From assembly GCA_051362555.1 (NCBI GenBank), contig CM120644.1:4720954-4784953 (forward strand): a stretch of 64,000 bases of DNA. Reading direction: 5' to 3'. The DNA comes from Lingula anatina (Eukaryota; Animalia; Brachiopoda). Position numbers and translations under genes: made by a program. This document shows positions 13,237-27,700 of this stretch, piece after piece; position 1 is the first letter of the stretch; every line of letters starts with the position of its first letter. The notes beneath the pieces are model-generated. The model did no database searches. It worked only from the letters and a program-made list of their open reading frames with translations, and had not been told where the DNA came from.

Positions 13237-14480
13237 GTCGTTGTTGTTGTTGTTGTTTTTGCTTATTGTGTTAGATGATTGCACTGGCGTTACATCAGTT
13301 TAAATCAGTATAATTGAATGACGGACTTGTGTGAATAAGTATATACATGACAATAATTGTTACTCCTTAGAGCGTGTGTGATAAAGAGTTACTAAAAAGC
13401 ATGTCTAGAATTGGACATATTTGGCAATATGACCATGACAATCTTGACATTTAATATCTGAGGTTAAGGAGAACAGATTAATATCAACGTAAATACTTGT
13501 AAATGACAGCGGAATTTCAACTGACTGCCGCAGGGATATTATAGAAGCCATGGAGTTGAAACTGTTTTGTTCTGGATACTATGATCAGTAAAATTAAAAT
13601 AAGGTGAAATGCAATTGATTTACAACAGATAGTGTATTTCCTACTCACTACTTTTATAATGACAGCCATGTTGTTATTTCATTATTTACAAGTTAATAAA
13701 GTACGATTGTGCAAATATACCTCTGGTATATTTTCGGAATTTTGTTGTTAGATGAATTGTGCACAGGAGCCAGGGGTTATCATTCAGTCTCCTGCTTTTC
13801 CATGCACATCAGCGGCTAGGGGACCTTGGATACTTGTTTAAAGTTAAGCATGTACTTAAATTAGCCATTGTTATTTTACAGCCATTTTGAAAATACTACC
13901 TTTCTCTCCCCATTCCCCGTAGCTACTTTTTTTCTGGTTGCTTTCCCCTCACTCACAAAATAAGAGGTACAGCGAAACTCTTCTCATTGACATAAGACCA
14001 AAATTCTAAGTCACGCTGACTAAGCCAAACCATAATCTTTTTTACGAAATGAGAAGAATTATAGAAAAAAAAATAATAACAAATAAAGGAAATTTTTGCC
14101 AAGACTGCAGCAAAAGTTTGCTGATTGAGAGCAGATATTGAAATCAAATTATAATCTGGTCAGTACTCTACGACTGAATGGATATTGACCACGTCCACGA
14201 TACTTCTACTATTATTATTTTCTGCTTTTTTCTATTCCTTAAAACACATCCATGATATAACAGCAATTTTGTGGACAGTTGCGAGAATTTCGTAACTTTT
14301 TTGTTTTTCTCATTTAGACAGGTTGTTTCCCGTTTAAAGAAAAAATTAACATATCTAGGGTGAGTATCTAAAATACAATGTACAAATTGTTGACTTCGGC
14401 TGAGGAAATGAAACGTTCTTGAAAATAACATGGGCACTTGTTTTAAACCAAGAGTGTTAAAAGCTATACATATTTATTAT
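12823..14480. repeat. Segmental duplicate of 1-2360
   Basis: See the feature at 1-2360. Confidence 0.85.
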
Positions 14481-15773
14481 TACGTATATTGTTTTAATTC
14501 GTAACTCTCAAACAAACAAAATATTTGTAATAAAAATTCAGACACAGAATAAGGGGATCAAGCGCTCACTTCGTGTACTTTATTTCCGATTTTACATTGC
14601 GCATTGTGGTAAGGACGATCATAAGTTAACGATGCTGAATTCAGGTGAAACCGCCTTCTGTCTTCCGATTGCAGTGTAAAATAACTGTATAAAAATAATG
14701 ATAAAATAACTGTATACTAACCACGTGACCTAGCCTGACGACAATTCAAACAAATTTTAATTTCAGACCATAATATCAGATCAATCTTAAGTCTTAACCG
14801 GGACCATTACATTCAAAGGAACTCGATGATGCAGAAAACAATCTTGAACTTTATTTATGAAGCCACAAAAAAAGGCAACAAGTAGCTGGAGTGGTTGCCT
14901 GAGGAGTAACCAATCACATCATAATGCAGTATGTTAGTGACACTCAGATAATATCAATAGGCAATAGACAACAGAATATTTACTTTAAAAGTTTTATATC
15001 TATAATCACCTTTGGTTGTAAATTTGTTCTTTTGAGTACCTGTTGACGTTTTATAACTGTTTTAATAACGAGAGACGTTCAAAACAAGCACATTTTCATA
15101 TCAATATAATTTTTACTTCAGCTAGTACACCATCAACAATTTGGATAAATTACTGTTATAATTTTCAAAATAACCAATTTCTCCTAGTACATGCACTGCA
15201 TTATATGCCCCGAATATCTTGGCAAAAGCCTGAACTCTAATGTAAGCCAACTCTTAAATATCAGTTAGGCAACTAATTATGTGTATGTATTATCTGCTGT
15301 ATATATGTCAATCCTGTGCCATTAAAATATTCCAACAAATTCGATCTGTATCATTCTTTATAATGTTTGCTGGGATGTTCTGTAATCATATTGGTGGACC
15401 CCTTTTTCAATTTGTCCAACGTAGGTGCAGTCATAGGACCCTCATCATGGTTGATGGGTTCACTTGGTAATACTAAAAGACGAATAAAGATACCAATATC
15501 AATAAATCTAAATTGAGTAAAAGTGCCACTTTTCCCATTCATCAAAACATTGGCAGGTAAAAGCCCCATGCCAGCAAACATGAAGTATTTTAATAGAGTA
15601 TTCAAGAGTATTAAGAGTATTACTCGATCATATCTGTATAACAGTCAACAGTTAAATAATTCCTCCAAATGCCTTGTCCCCCAACAAGAATTTACACGAA
15701 GCACCAACAATACAATACAACCATGACCTAAAATCCAAAATACAGAACCCACAAACCCATCTTACTTGCAGAC

Positions 15774-18700
15774 TTATGCGGCCACGTCACCACCTTGGTC
15801 TTCACCCAGGAGTCCTGTGTTAGCATACTGCTGTGTCACGTATCTTGTATAACAGATAGGAGGGTATGTATCCGACCCATCAAGAGGCTTCACAACCGTA
15901 GAACTATCAGGGTCAGTAAAATAGATCAGACTTCTACGTCTGTTATTCTTATGGGAAGGCACAACCCGGTGAAACTAGAAAAAATGAAAAAGAGTGATTT
16001 ACATGCTGAACGCTTGAGGCTATGTCAAAAATGTAAAAAAAAGGCTGTACATGTTTTAACACCAGGGCGTAACTTTCCGAATCATACTGGTATAATATAC
16101 ATTAGACGGGCTGGCAAATTGCACTCGTAATTTGAATAACGAGTAATGAGCAAATGAAAACAGACAGGTAATTATTGAAGTATTAAGAAACAGCAGTGCA
16201 GTACTAGTCTGGTAGACATGGATTCACCGTGGCCTTCAGTCTGTCCGAGGTCCATCTGGGCATCATGTCATCTAAGTTGACCACTATGGTACCAGGTATA
16301 GGTGTGGCTGGTTTGTACTCTCCATCCACTGTCTGCACCTGCGGGACAATCAAGATACAATTACATGCAGCCACAATTTACAGACACATTGCCACGTCTT
16401 GTCCACTGTCACATCAAACGCAATCTCAACCTGTAATCCTTTGCACAGAATCACACTAGACCTACCATCCCTCTTAACACTGTCATTGTCACATCAAACA
16501 CAAAGTTACACTGTGTCACGGGTCACACTTGACACACTGTCACATCTAACACAATAACCTGTCACACCTAATGCAATCATCTGTCACACCTAACACAATA
16601 ACCTGTCACATCTAGCACAATCATCTCACACCTAACGCAATCACCTCAAGGCCTCCTATATCATCTTGGAAGAGCAGAGTTATTGAACCGTAATCCGTAT
16701 GCTCACCACATCGTGTCTGGCCTGGGGTCTTGTCTGAAAATTGTAACAAAGTAACAAATATCAAGAAATGTGTAGTCCATCTGATTGCTGTAATCAAGCA
16801 ATTTATACAAAAGATAAACTTTATTATTAAGCAAATATGTATAGTTCTACACTCGGCCAAAAAAGTTTGGGCTCATTGTTATATCCATGACAGTATAAGT
16901 CTTAATTATCATTTCCATGACAAAGTTTAAGCAAGTCTTGACATGTAGCAAACAGTGTGTAGCAGAGACACTTTTATTACTTCTGCCAAGGAGGCTGTGT
17001 ATTTATCTCTGCTTTCTGTATACCGATCTGTTTGTTTGTTTGTTTGTTTGTCATCGGCCTTTAAGAAAATATGATGGAGCTTGATAACATTCTCAGGATA
17101 GATCAGAAGATCATAAAGGTGATTAGATTTTGTTGGTGATCCGAGATGCAAATTGGCTGAGGACTGTATTCTCTTACTGCTTTTCTAGTTTTTTTTTAGC
17201 TTTTTTTTAGCAAGCCATTATGTTAGGCCTAATGTTATACCTATAGATCTGCACTAGTAATCCTCTGACAAACATAGACTTTTCTTTGTTTTTACATGAG
17301 TTTGGGACTTCCTTAACAAAATTTGTCCAGGGTCAGAAATCAAACAAACAAACAAACAAAACACATAAAAGGAAAACTCCCCCCCCCCTAGGCAAGCAAT
17401 ATATCAAGCCTACATGTAGATGGTGAAAAATGCAGGTACTAGTACGCCTAGTGTAAAGTAAATGCACTTATATTTACTTAATGTGTTCGTACACAAGCCA
17501 TTGTTGGGTTACAGTTCTAGTAAATCCCCTACAAGCTTAACTCACCACATCATTTTCGTTTAAGCTGGGTTAAGGACTTACCATTCCACATTTTTTGCAG
17601 AGGCAAAAATAATATCATTAAAAATCATCCATAAAGCAGAAGGTAAAGCGAATAAGTGTATCAAACCCTGTATTTAAATCAAGCTCTTAAACTACCTTCT
17701 ATTTCGGTGTAGGGAGGATAGGTCAACAGTCTTAACATGGTTGAGCTGTTGTCATGCCAGTTGACGAGACTTGTATGGCACGCGAGCAACTCATTTTGGT
17801 CCTGAGAAAATAAACACTGCATGGAAATGTAGCATTGCAGCATTTATACACACACAAAGACACTCATAAATTATGTCTAAATAAAAATTAAGATATATTT
17901 AAAAAAAATAACATAACATAAAACTGTTGTTAATGTTTTTATATAAAATTTGGTTTGGTATGTCATTTATTGTGAAAATAACCACATTTTTGAGAAACCT
18001 TTATTCATTTTTATTAGGAGACGTCATACATCTTTTTTTTACATTCACAAACTAGACATTTAATATGGAATATTTCAGCTTAAAAGTTTGTCTTGGTTTA
18101 GAACATATTGTTCTACAATAACTTCTTTATCATGTTAGATGTGTGAATAGAGAAATGCGTAGTCAGGCGTGTCAGTGCCAATGGAGTATCTTGTGTGGGA
18201 CACTTCCACATTACGTTATATGCTGTAATTTCATTGGGTATATAGTATTCTTTATACTGGTCCTGGTATGGCTTTGACAGAGAAGGTTCTGGTAAAAATG
18301 TCTTCATATTTTGGTAAAGCCTTCACAGATGATTTTGGAATTTCGCCATTTTAGCAGTGCGTGAATTGAATAAAGCAACGCGTCACAGCATTGCTGCCCT
18401 GAGAAAGAATGGGGAAAAAAGACGCATTGCCAGAAAGATTATTGTGTCAAAAGGTATGCCCAGATTGGTGTTCCTTCCTAGATGACACGCCCAGGGTATC
18501 CACAATATACCGCCAGGAAACAGGATCGACCCATTGTATTTACACTTTTGCTGTTACAACTAAACAAAGAAAACCGATTCCCCTCGGAATAAGGGGCCGA
18601 TTGCCACCAGAAAAGGTTTTGCAAGGCCCTTTACGAAAGCCAGCCGGTTTAAACAGGTTACTATTACTATATACCAGACGGCTTCTGAGAGGCAACTGTG

Positions 18701-21700
18701 AAAAGCACAACATCGTCTATTTCTCTAATGAGTTGGAAATCATCAATGGTCTCAGAACCATATGGGCGGCTTTATTCAAATGGAAACATGACTAATGTAT
18801 GATGCGAAATAAACACTTATAGTAAATGCCTCCCATTCTATCAGTCTGGGGACTAAAACCTTTGACTCAAATTCGGTATTCTGCACGGTTTTTTTTTTTT
18901 GCTCTGCATGTAGTTTTATAGTGAATGGTATGTGCTATCTTTATCCTTTACCTCCAGTCCTAGTCCCATCCCAATCAGTTTCAGCATTCGAAGGCTCAGC
19001 TTGGCACAAGTTCTATGGAACTCCACCACATCCTTCTCAAATTTTGGAATACTTGGCCAGAGCTAAAACGAAACTCCTAATTTTGATTATGACATCTAAA
19101 TGTCTACCTGCGGGGATGTGTCTAAAACGGGAAACTTTTTAAACGGTTTTGTCGGTAATCCATTAATTTATTAATCTATTTTTCCTTTAATAATGACAGG
19201 CCTTAAAACGGATTAGGCGTTTACTAACACTACCCGCAGATCTTTAGCACTAACACCCATATTTACCCATAATTACACTACCCAATAACCCTCAAATTAA
19301 TCAGCACTACCAGAGCAGATGAATGTTTGCGCTTGGTATTGCTTTGTTGGTGCTAAATGTTTGTACGGTGTTTTGGTTAACTCGTGGGTTTAGTGGTTAA
19401 TAAAGGCGTTAGTGCTACCGTAAAAGATCTGCGGGTAGTGTTAGTAAACACAATCCGTTTATAAGAAATGAGATAGGGACCTGAGTTGCCTTGGCGCAAA
19501 TCTACACTCTCTGATCATGAGTGCTTTTCTAGAATGAAGTGTTACCTGATTATAAGCTCCTCCAGGAATAGCATCAAAGGACTCCCTGAAGTCAGCAGGT
19601 TTGTCCGCTTCAAAACTAAAAAAAAATCCACATCCAGTTGTGATAATATTGCTCAGCCACTTTTAATAATTAATTACATCTTTGTTGTCAGTTAATCTTC
19701 ATGACATTACATTCATGCCGTGTATTAATCATTCCATACCTTCATGTGTCTCAGTATGCCTATGACTTACCTTTGCCAAAATGTTTCTCGTGTATTATCA
19801 AGAAAGGGCGAAAATTGTTTCATTCTTCACTTCTGCATTATTACAAATATAATTATATCAACATGTGTATGTTTAGATGACATTTTTAAGGTCAAATGGT
19901 GAAGAGTGGAAACTTCTTTAAACATACAGGTATGGTCATAACATGGAAATAGTAGAAATGGTAGTTACATCAAAATACAGATTTCAGAGAGTGGCACATT
20001 TGTGCACCCTGCCTGCATGCCTTACGTTTCTCTCCCTATTGGAATGTAGCCAATTCCACATGGGTCAGATAAGGGGCGGATGAACTTGTTCTTGGTCTCT
20101 TGGGGTTTTGCAAAAAAGTCATCAGCCAATCTAAATATATTGTCAATCTGAAAACACAAAGACCAAATATTAAATTGACAGTCTCTCCAAGGGCGGATCC
20201 AGGATTATTTGAATGGGGTTCCGATTTTTTTTTTTTTTTTTAGGAATGGCAGGCCTCGGATTCGAATCCGCGCCTCGGCCCCCTTGTGGTGGGGTTTGGG
20301 GCCCGCTAAAGGGCCTCAAAATATTTTGGTGTTTTGAAGGTCAAACGGTGCCATTTGGAATGGTCAAGAACTATAAATAAGCTAGTTAAAACTCTAATTT
20401 CAAGAGGGGAATATTAGTGTTATTTTTTCAGAAACCGAAGGGGGGGGGGGGTTAGGATACTCCTGGGAACGCTCCCTAAGAGATGCAACCAGCAGTCACC
20501 TGTCGCTAGTCCCATGTGCGGCCCTATCAACACCTTATCATCCAGCTCAAAGCCACAGTTGATCTATCATGTCTGCGGGGATACATTTTGCTAAGATTCT
20601 CATCAACATAAATTAGTACGAAGCTTGAGCAAACCCCCACCCCAAACGCTGATATGCGACACTCATCCGCTACCCATACATGTACATACGCTGCAGTCGT
20701 GACATCCTTTGAATGTTTATATTATTCGATATTCAAACGCATGTCATACAGTGTGAATACGCTATGATCCGCGACCAATACGCTGTTTTTACGCTGCTTA
20801 TATGTTCTTTTTCATACGTTAGAAAGATTGATTTCACAAGTTAAAAGTTGTGCTCAAAAACAATTTGACATACATGTACATTAGTCATACGGACCTCTGC
20901 TAGTACAATATAGGTTGGCAGAGCCTTAACTCCAACATGTTTAACAGGTAAAGCTTAGGTTATATTTGCCCTGTGATGTTTCTACCGAGCCTGCATTATG
21001 CTCTTATTTCCTTTTTCTATCATCGTTAATAAAAAGATGAAATGCTGTGCTCCTGTTGTGACGATAATTTATATGAAGCGACAGATGCACACGCTCACAT
21101 CGATGTAAACAATGATGGCACGTGGCATTAGGGTAGGGTAAATCTCAAAAAAATTACGTAGCAGGTGTTTTCGCAGGCGAAATTTGATGCTGAATACAAA
21201 TACGACAATCATTTTTTCTACAACAATTATTTAGGTTAGTAAAATGACAATATTCAAAATGGCAGCCAAGACGGTCTACCTAGAGTTTCGTCAACAACAA
21301 CTAAAGGTACTATAGTGTGTCATATGTCTTTTCTTATGTTTTAGGGGTTGTAGAATCCATTTCTGATTTCAACATAATTGGTACATAATACAGCGAGTTC
21401 AGTTACTATGTGAGCTGACAGTTAACCGTCAAGATAGATTGAAGAGCCAGAATCTTTGATTATGGACCATTATGGATTATGAACCACCTCAGTCATCTTG
21501 ATCAATCAAATTGGGGAGTGATGAAGAGTGCGTTTCGTTTCTTTTTTTTCCCTTTTTTCGTCATTTAATGCTTTGTGTGAGAGGTAAGCACTACGTACTC
21601 GTGCAAAGATATTCACATCGGAAGATCTAGGACGAAGAAGGGGTATGGATTTTATTCCCCATACAGTTAACTTCCCCTTAAAGTGTCTGCTAATATATAC

Positions 21701-21961
21701 TCTAGAACACGCAATAAAACGTAACACAGTAGTGTTAATGCATATAATTCCGTGCTATATGTAGTTACTAACCCGGTCTTGGGGAATTCCGTGGTTTTTG
21801 ACGTATACAAAACCAATGGTACTGAAGGCTTTGAATACATCATTGGCCAACGTTTCCAGATCGTTTCTGTCGACCTCGTTTTCTTCTTTTGTGATGTCAA
21901 ACGCCTTTATATCGATGACTGGTATCCAGCTAAAGTCGCAGTGTCCTTGAGCCGCCGTCAT
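15774..21961 (-). CDS. 2-oxoglutarate/Fe(II)-dependent dioxygenase, DIOX_N + 2OG-FeII_Oxy (IPNS-like family), copy 1 (332 aa)
   Basis: Exons 21961-21773, 20147-20026, 19615-19546, 19062-18952, 17801-17696, 16733-16645, 16338-16228, 15974-15774 (999 nt, all GT-AG, in frame). Motifs: IPVID, GFVYVKNHG, LRLLTYPP, HTDYGSITLLFQD (HxD), FHRVV (distal His), RRS (2OG-binding RxS). Confidence 0.92.
16973..17190 (+). mobile_element. Non-autonomous Helitron/Helentron-like element in dioxygenase intron 5 (also ~26515-26718 and ~37863-38071)
   Basis: 5' end ttttattacttctgccaaggagg, internal (TGTT)n, 3' end ggctgaggactg...tgcttttctagtt with a CTAG terminus next to a T run. Confidence 0.55.
19207..19460. 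mobile_element. MITE with ~40-bp TIRs in dioxygenase intron 3 (full copy also ~45161-45402; only the right half at ~28695-28773)
   Basis: aaacggatt..tttactaacactacccgcagatcttt pairs with aaagatctgcgggtagtgttagtaaacacaatccgttt. Confidence 0.7.
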
Positions 21962-23508
21962 TTTTGCAGTCGGGCTTACGTTAACAACATGCTGCTAATC
22001 TGGGTCAAAGGTAGATCTGATACGTGAAAAAATGTCACGTGAATGGAAATGTTCCATTTGACGAACGTGAACGTCGATAGGTGCTTCCTGCAAAGTCGTC
22101 CTTTAACTGGCGTGCTATTGTGTGAATGCATATATTGTTTAAAATTACATGGTGCATGTACGTAGTATTTGCTAATGTTCTGTGGAGTAAATTTGCATGT
22201 CTTCTCGTCTTTAAGCTGTGTATCTTTCGGGAATTAAAAACCTTTCCAGGTCTGTATTTCTAACAAATGCGACTTTGGGACATTCTCAAATGTGGATGCG
22301 ATAACTTCACACAATTAAAACACATTTTTATTGTCTAATATAATTATTTAAAAAACCTGCTGCCGTAGGTAGAGTTTCCCCTTAGAGAGCATTTATTTCC
22401 AAGACGTAAAACCATATACAGCTTTATTGTCGATTATCTCTTAATTATGTTTCGTGATGATTTATTTACCTGTATAAACGTACATGTATATGAGTACCTG
22501 ACATTTTATAACTGCGTTAAGCAATAACAAGGGACGTTCAAAACAAGCACATCTTCATATCAATATAATTTTTACTTCAGCACCACCATCAACAATGTGA
22601 ATATACATAACTGTTATGTCATTTTCAGAGTAATCTTTAGTACATGTATTGCATTTTAAGCTCCGATTAATTTGACAAAAGCTTGAACTCTAATGTAAGC
22701 CAATTAACTCTTAAATAGCAGTTAGGCAACTAATTATGGGTATGTATTATCTGCTGTATACATGTATATGTCAATCCTGTGCCATTAAAATTTCCCAGCT
22801 AATTCGACCTGTATCATTCTTTATAATGTATGCTGGGATGTTCTGTAATCATATTGGTGGACCCCTTTTTTTCAATTTGTCCATCGTAGGTGCAGTCACT
22901 GGATCGTCATCATGGTTGGCGGGTTCGCTTGGTGATACTAAAAGACGAGTAAAGATACCAAGATCCAAAGTCTAAAGGTCAATAGGACCAATAAACTTGC
23001 CAACACTATTTGTGTTAATTAGAAAGAGAACACTGTTATTGACACCAAGGTATTAGATATAATTCTTACTAACAATATCTATAACAATATTGATTACCAG
23101 GCATGTTAAATAACGATGGCGTGAAATTAAGGGAGCTTAAAAGCAAACAGGTGAAGCTGCAAACTGAGCCACTTTTTCCATTCATCCATTCAACAAAACA
23201 GAGGCAAGGCCAGCAAACAAGGGACCTTTTATAACGTTACCACTTTTTCTTTTGTGATCGATATACAAAAATTGTGCTATAATAATATTCTGCGTTTGCT
23301 GGGTATATCGACTGTTCCGAATTTATAAGCTGGGGCAAATAATACATGTACATGAAGTATTAAGATTATCTGTAAAACTGTCAATAGTTAAATAATCCCC
23401 CAAATGCCTTGTCCCCCAACAGGAATTTACACGAAGCATCAACAATACAATACAATCATGACCTAAAATTCAAAATACAGGACCCACAAACCGATCTTAC
23501 ATGCAGAC

Positions 23509-24726
23509 TTATGCGGCCACGTCACCACGTTGGCCTTCTCCCAGAAGTCCTCTGCTGTTATACTGCTCTGTCAAGTATCTTGTATAACGTATAGGAGGGT
23601 ATGTGTCCGACCCATCAAGAGGTTTGACAATCGTAGAACTATCAGGGTGTGTGAAATAGACCAGACTTCTACGTCTATTATACTTATGGGAAGGCACAAC
23701 TCGGTGCAGCTAGAAAAATGGAAAAGTGTAATGTAAATACTGAACGGTTGAGGCCGTGTGAAAAAAATGTAAAAAATGCTGTAGTTATTTTAACATCAGG
23801 GCGTACCCCCCCCCCCTCGCCGCCCGACCCATACACTAAAACAATTCCTTTGTCGCTTCAGAAAATGAGTGATCAGCATAATCAAGAATTACACAAAAAT
23901 TTGTTTGAATAAGGAGACGTCACATCATTCTCGCGGAAGTCGAGTCACAGAATCAATGGTGTAACTGAAAAACCTGCTCGGGCTTTGATTTTTTCTTTTC
24001 CTAAATGGAGTTATAGGATCGAGTGTCGGAAAAAAGAAGATAAAATGCTGGAATGTCGAGAGAAAAATGCCGTTTTCCCCGGACAAATGGTTAAATATGA
24101 GTGTTTGGTGCAGGGAAATCTTGGCTTGGAATGCTGGAAGTCGAGAAGTATTAATTCAAAAATGAGGAAAAGTCATCACCATACTGGTATAATATACATT
24201 TAGAAGAGGCAGGCTGGCAAATTGCACTCATAATTTGAATAACTATTAATGAGCAAATGGAAACAGACAGGTAATTATTGAAGTATTAAGAAACAGCAGT
24301 GCAGTACTAGTCTGCGTGGTAGACATGGACTCACTGTGGCCTTCAGCCTGTCCGAGGTCCATCTGGGCATCATGTCATCTAAGATGACCACTATGGTACC
24401 AGGTAGAGGTGTGGCTTGTTTGTACTCTCCAGCCACTGTCTGCACCTGCGGGACAATCAAGATACAATTACATGCAGCCACAATTTACAGACACATTTAC
24501 TGTCACATCTAACGCAATCTCAAACTGTAATCCTTTGCACAGAATCACACTAGACCTACCATCCTTCTTAACACTGTCACTGTCACATCAAACATAAGGT
24601 TACACTGTGTCACGGGTCACAGTTGACACACTGCCACATTTAACACATGGTTTCTCTGCAAGCCTTTGCGCAGATTCACAACAGACCTACCCTCACTCTT
24701 AACAGAGACATATCCAACAGTCACAC

Positions 24727-24764
<38 letters not shown>

Positions 24765-27700
24765 TACTTCATAAAACCGCACTACACTACCGTCTCAGTG
24801 CTGTTTACAAATAAAATTATCAGATTACAACTAATTATATAGACAATAAAAGCTAAGGTAAAAAAAATAATAAAAATAATTAATGCTGGTTAAAATAGTA
24901 ATGGTCTGAACAAAAAAAACTTTTTTCTGATAAAATGAGAAAATATGAAGTTTCTAGTATTAATTTTTAATTAAAATACTGTACTGTACAAATAAGAATG
25001 TTTTCAAGTCTTTTTAAAAAACCTCAACACTATCAATAGTCCGAATGTGTGAGGGTAGTTGATTTCATAAAATGGGCGCTGCAATTGAAAATGCCCTGTG
25101 GCCGTAGGTTTTGATTGTTTTTTTATTATCATTTCTGGTAAAACAAAGAGTGGAGGTGGATCTGGTAGACCTGGTGAGACTGGGTGTACTTGGATGTAGC
25201 ATCGAGTTAAAATATGAGGGGCATTCACTTCTGGTGAATTTAAAAACAAACAGCAGTAATTTAAAAACAATGCTCTGTCGTACAGGAAGCCAATGTAGTG
25301 GGCGGCTTTGGTAGGTAGGAAGGCCATAGAGTAGACTGCTTCCGTAATCAAGATGTGCAGTTATAAAGGCATGGACAAGCCTCTCCATTTGACCTTTGTC
25401 AAGGATATGGGATAGTTTGGAAATTTTTTTAAGACCATAGTAAGTAGCTTTGCATTTTTTACTGATGTTGGCAGCCATATCGCACCTATTATCAAAAATT
25501 ACTCCAAGGTTTTTAACCTCGACTTTTACCGTCACTTGACACACTGTCACACCTAAAACAATCACCTGTCACACCTAACACAATCACCTGTCACACCTAA
25601 CACAATAACATGTCACACCTAACACAATCACCTGTCACACCTAACACAATAACATGTCACACCTAACACAATCACCTGTCACACCCAACACAATCACCTG
25701 TCACACCTAACGCAATTACCTGTCACACCCAACACAATTACCTGCCACACCTAACACAATCACCTGTCACACCAAACACAATCACCTGTCACACCCAACA
25801 CAATCACCTGTCACACCTAACACAATCACCTCAAGGCCTCCTATATCATCCTGGAATAGCAGAGTTATGGAGCCGTAATCCGTGTGCTCACTACATCGTG
25901 CCTGGCCTGGGGTCATGTCTGAAAATTGTAACAGAATAACAAATATCAAGAAAAAATGTCATATCCATCTGATTGCAGTAATAAAGAAATTTATACAAAA
26001 ACATAACAACTAAAAGATTAACTTTATAATTAGGCAAATATATACGGTATATAGTTCTACACCCGGCCAAAAAAAAGTTTGGGAACATAGTTATATCCAC
26101 GATAGTAAATATAATCTTTATTGATCCTGTCATTTCCATGACAAAGTTTGATCAGGTCTTGACAATAAACAGTGCAGGCTTTACATGATGCTGAGCAACT
26201 CCAAAACTTCATTTGAACTGTATCTCGCAGTAATTCCCACGGAATTCCTTTCTTGGCAAAATTTCAAAAAGTAACGAATGGTGGGCGCATTATCCATCAA
26301 CATTTGTTGTTAAAATATTTAAATTAGCTTATATGGTAAATTTATAATAATTCAAAATAACGATGTTTCCGAACATTTTGGCTGAGTGTAATATGTGCTT
26401 TACTTGTTTTTTTAACTCCTCCAATTTTAAAACGACCCAAAAAGAAATATATATATATATAATATACAAGTTAATAATACATGCACATGTAGTAAACGGT
26501 ATGCAGCACTGACACTTTTATAACCTCTGCCAGGGAGGCTGTGTGTTATCTCTGTTTTCTGTACACCGATCTGTTTGTGATTGTGTTTGTCATTTGCCTT
26601 TATGTGATGGAGTTTCATGAAATTCTCAGAACAGGTCAGAAGTGGGCCAACCTAAAGGTGCTTAGATTTTGGTGGTGATCCTGGCAGAGGACTGCATTCT
26701 CATACTGCTTTTCTAGTCAACTTTTTTTTAACAAGCCCTTATGTAAGGCCTAATGTTAGACCTATAGTTCCGCACTAGTAATCCTCTGTCAGAATTTTCT
26801 ATGTTGTTACCTGAGTTTGGGACTTCCTTAACAAAATTTGTCCAGAGTTAGAAAACAACCAAACAAACAAAACACATAAAAGAAAAACACCCCTCCTTGC
26901 ATACCGTATAGGCAAGCAATATATCAAAGCCTACATGTAGATGGTGTTAAATGCAGGTACTAGTACGCATTGTGTACAGTAACGGCACTTTTATATTTAT
27001 TTAATGTATTCGTACACAAGCCATTTTGGGTTACAGTTCTAGTAAATCCCCTCAAGATCAACTCACCACATCATTTTCGCTTAAGCTGGGTTAAGGACTT
27101 ACTTACCATTCCAAATTTTTTTGCAGAGGCAGAAATAATATCACTAACAATCATCCATAAAGCAGAAGGTAAAGCGAAGCAGTGTATCATTATTTTAAAA
27201 AGCTCTTAAAATACCTTCTTTTTCGGTGTAAGGAGGATATGTCAACAGTCTTAACGTGGTTGAGCTGTTGTCACGCCAGTTGACGAGATTTGTATGGCAC
27301 GCGAGTAACTCATTTTGGTCCTGAGAAAATAAGCACTGCATTGAAATGTAGCATTGCAGCATTTATACACCCACAGAGACACTCAAAATCTATGTCTAAA
27401 CCAAAAATAAGATATATTTAAGAAAATAACATAACATAAAACTGTTGTTAATGTTTTTTTATGAAATTTGGTTTGGTATGTCATTTATTGTGACAATAAC
27501 TACATTTTTGAGAAGCGAGAAGCCTCTATTTTTTACATATACAAACTAGACATTTAATATAGAATATTTAAGCTTAAAAGGTTTGTCTTAGTTTAGAACA
27601 TATTATTCTTAAATATTTTCTATATCATGTGAGATGTGTGAATAGAGAAATGCGTAGTCAGGCGTGTCAGTCCCAATCGATTGAATGTCTCGTGTGGGGC

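Noticed and set aside
15351-15605. Downstream ORF (SEPINHDEGP..KHYKE) as a coding ninth exon
   Set aside because: Not in phase with exon 8 read-through and frameshifted in copy 2; treated as 3'UTR.
18409-18795. 128-aa ORF in intron 4
   Set aside because: The frame is broken in the paralogous introns and no domain is recognisable.
25543-25829. CRISPR-like array
   Set aside because: The 22-bp units are contiguous with no unique spacers, there are no cas genes, and the context is a eukaryotic intron.
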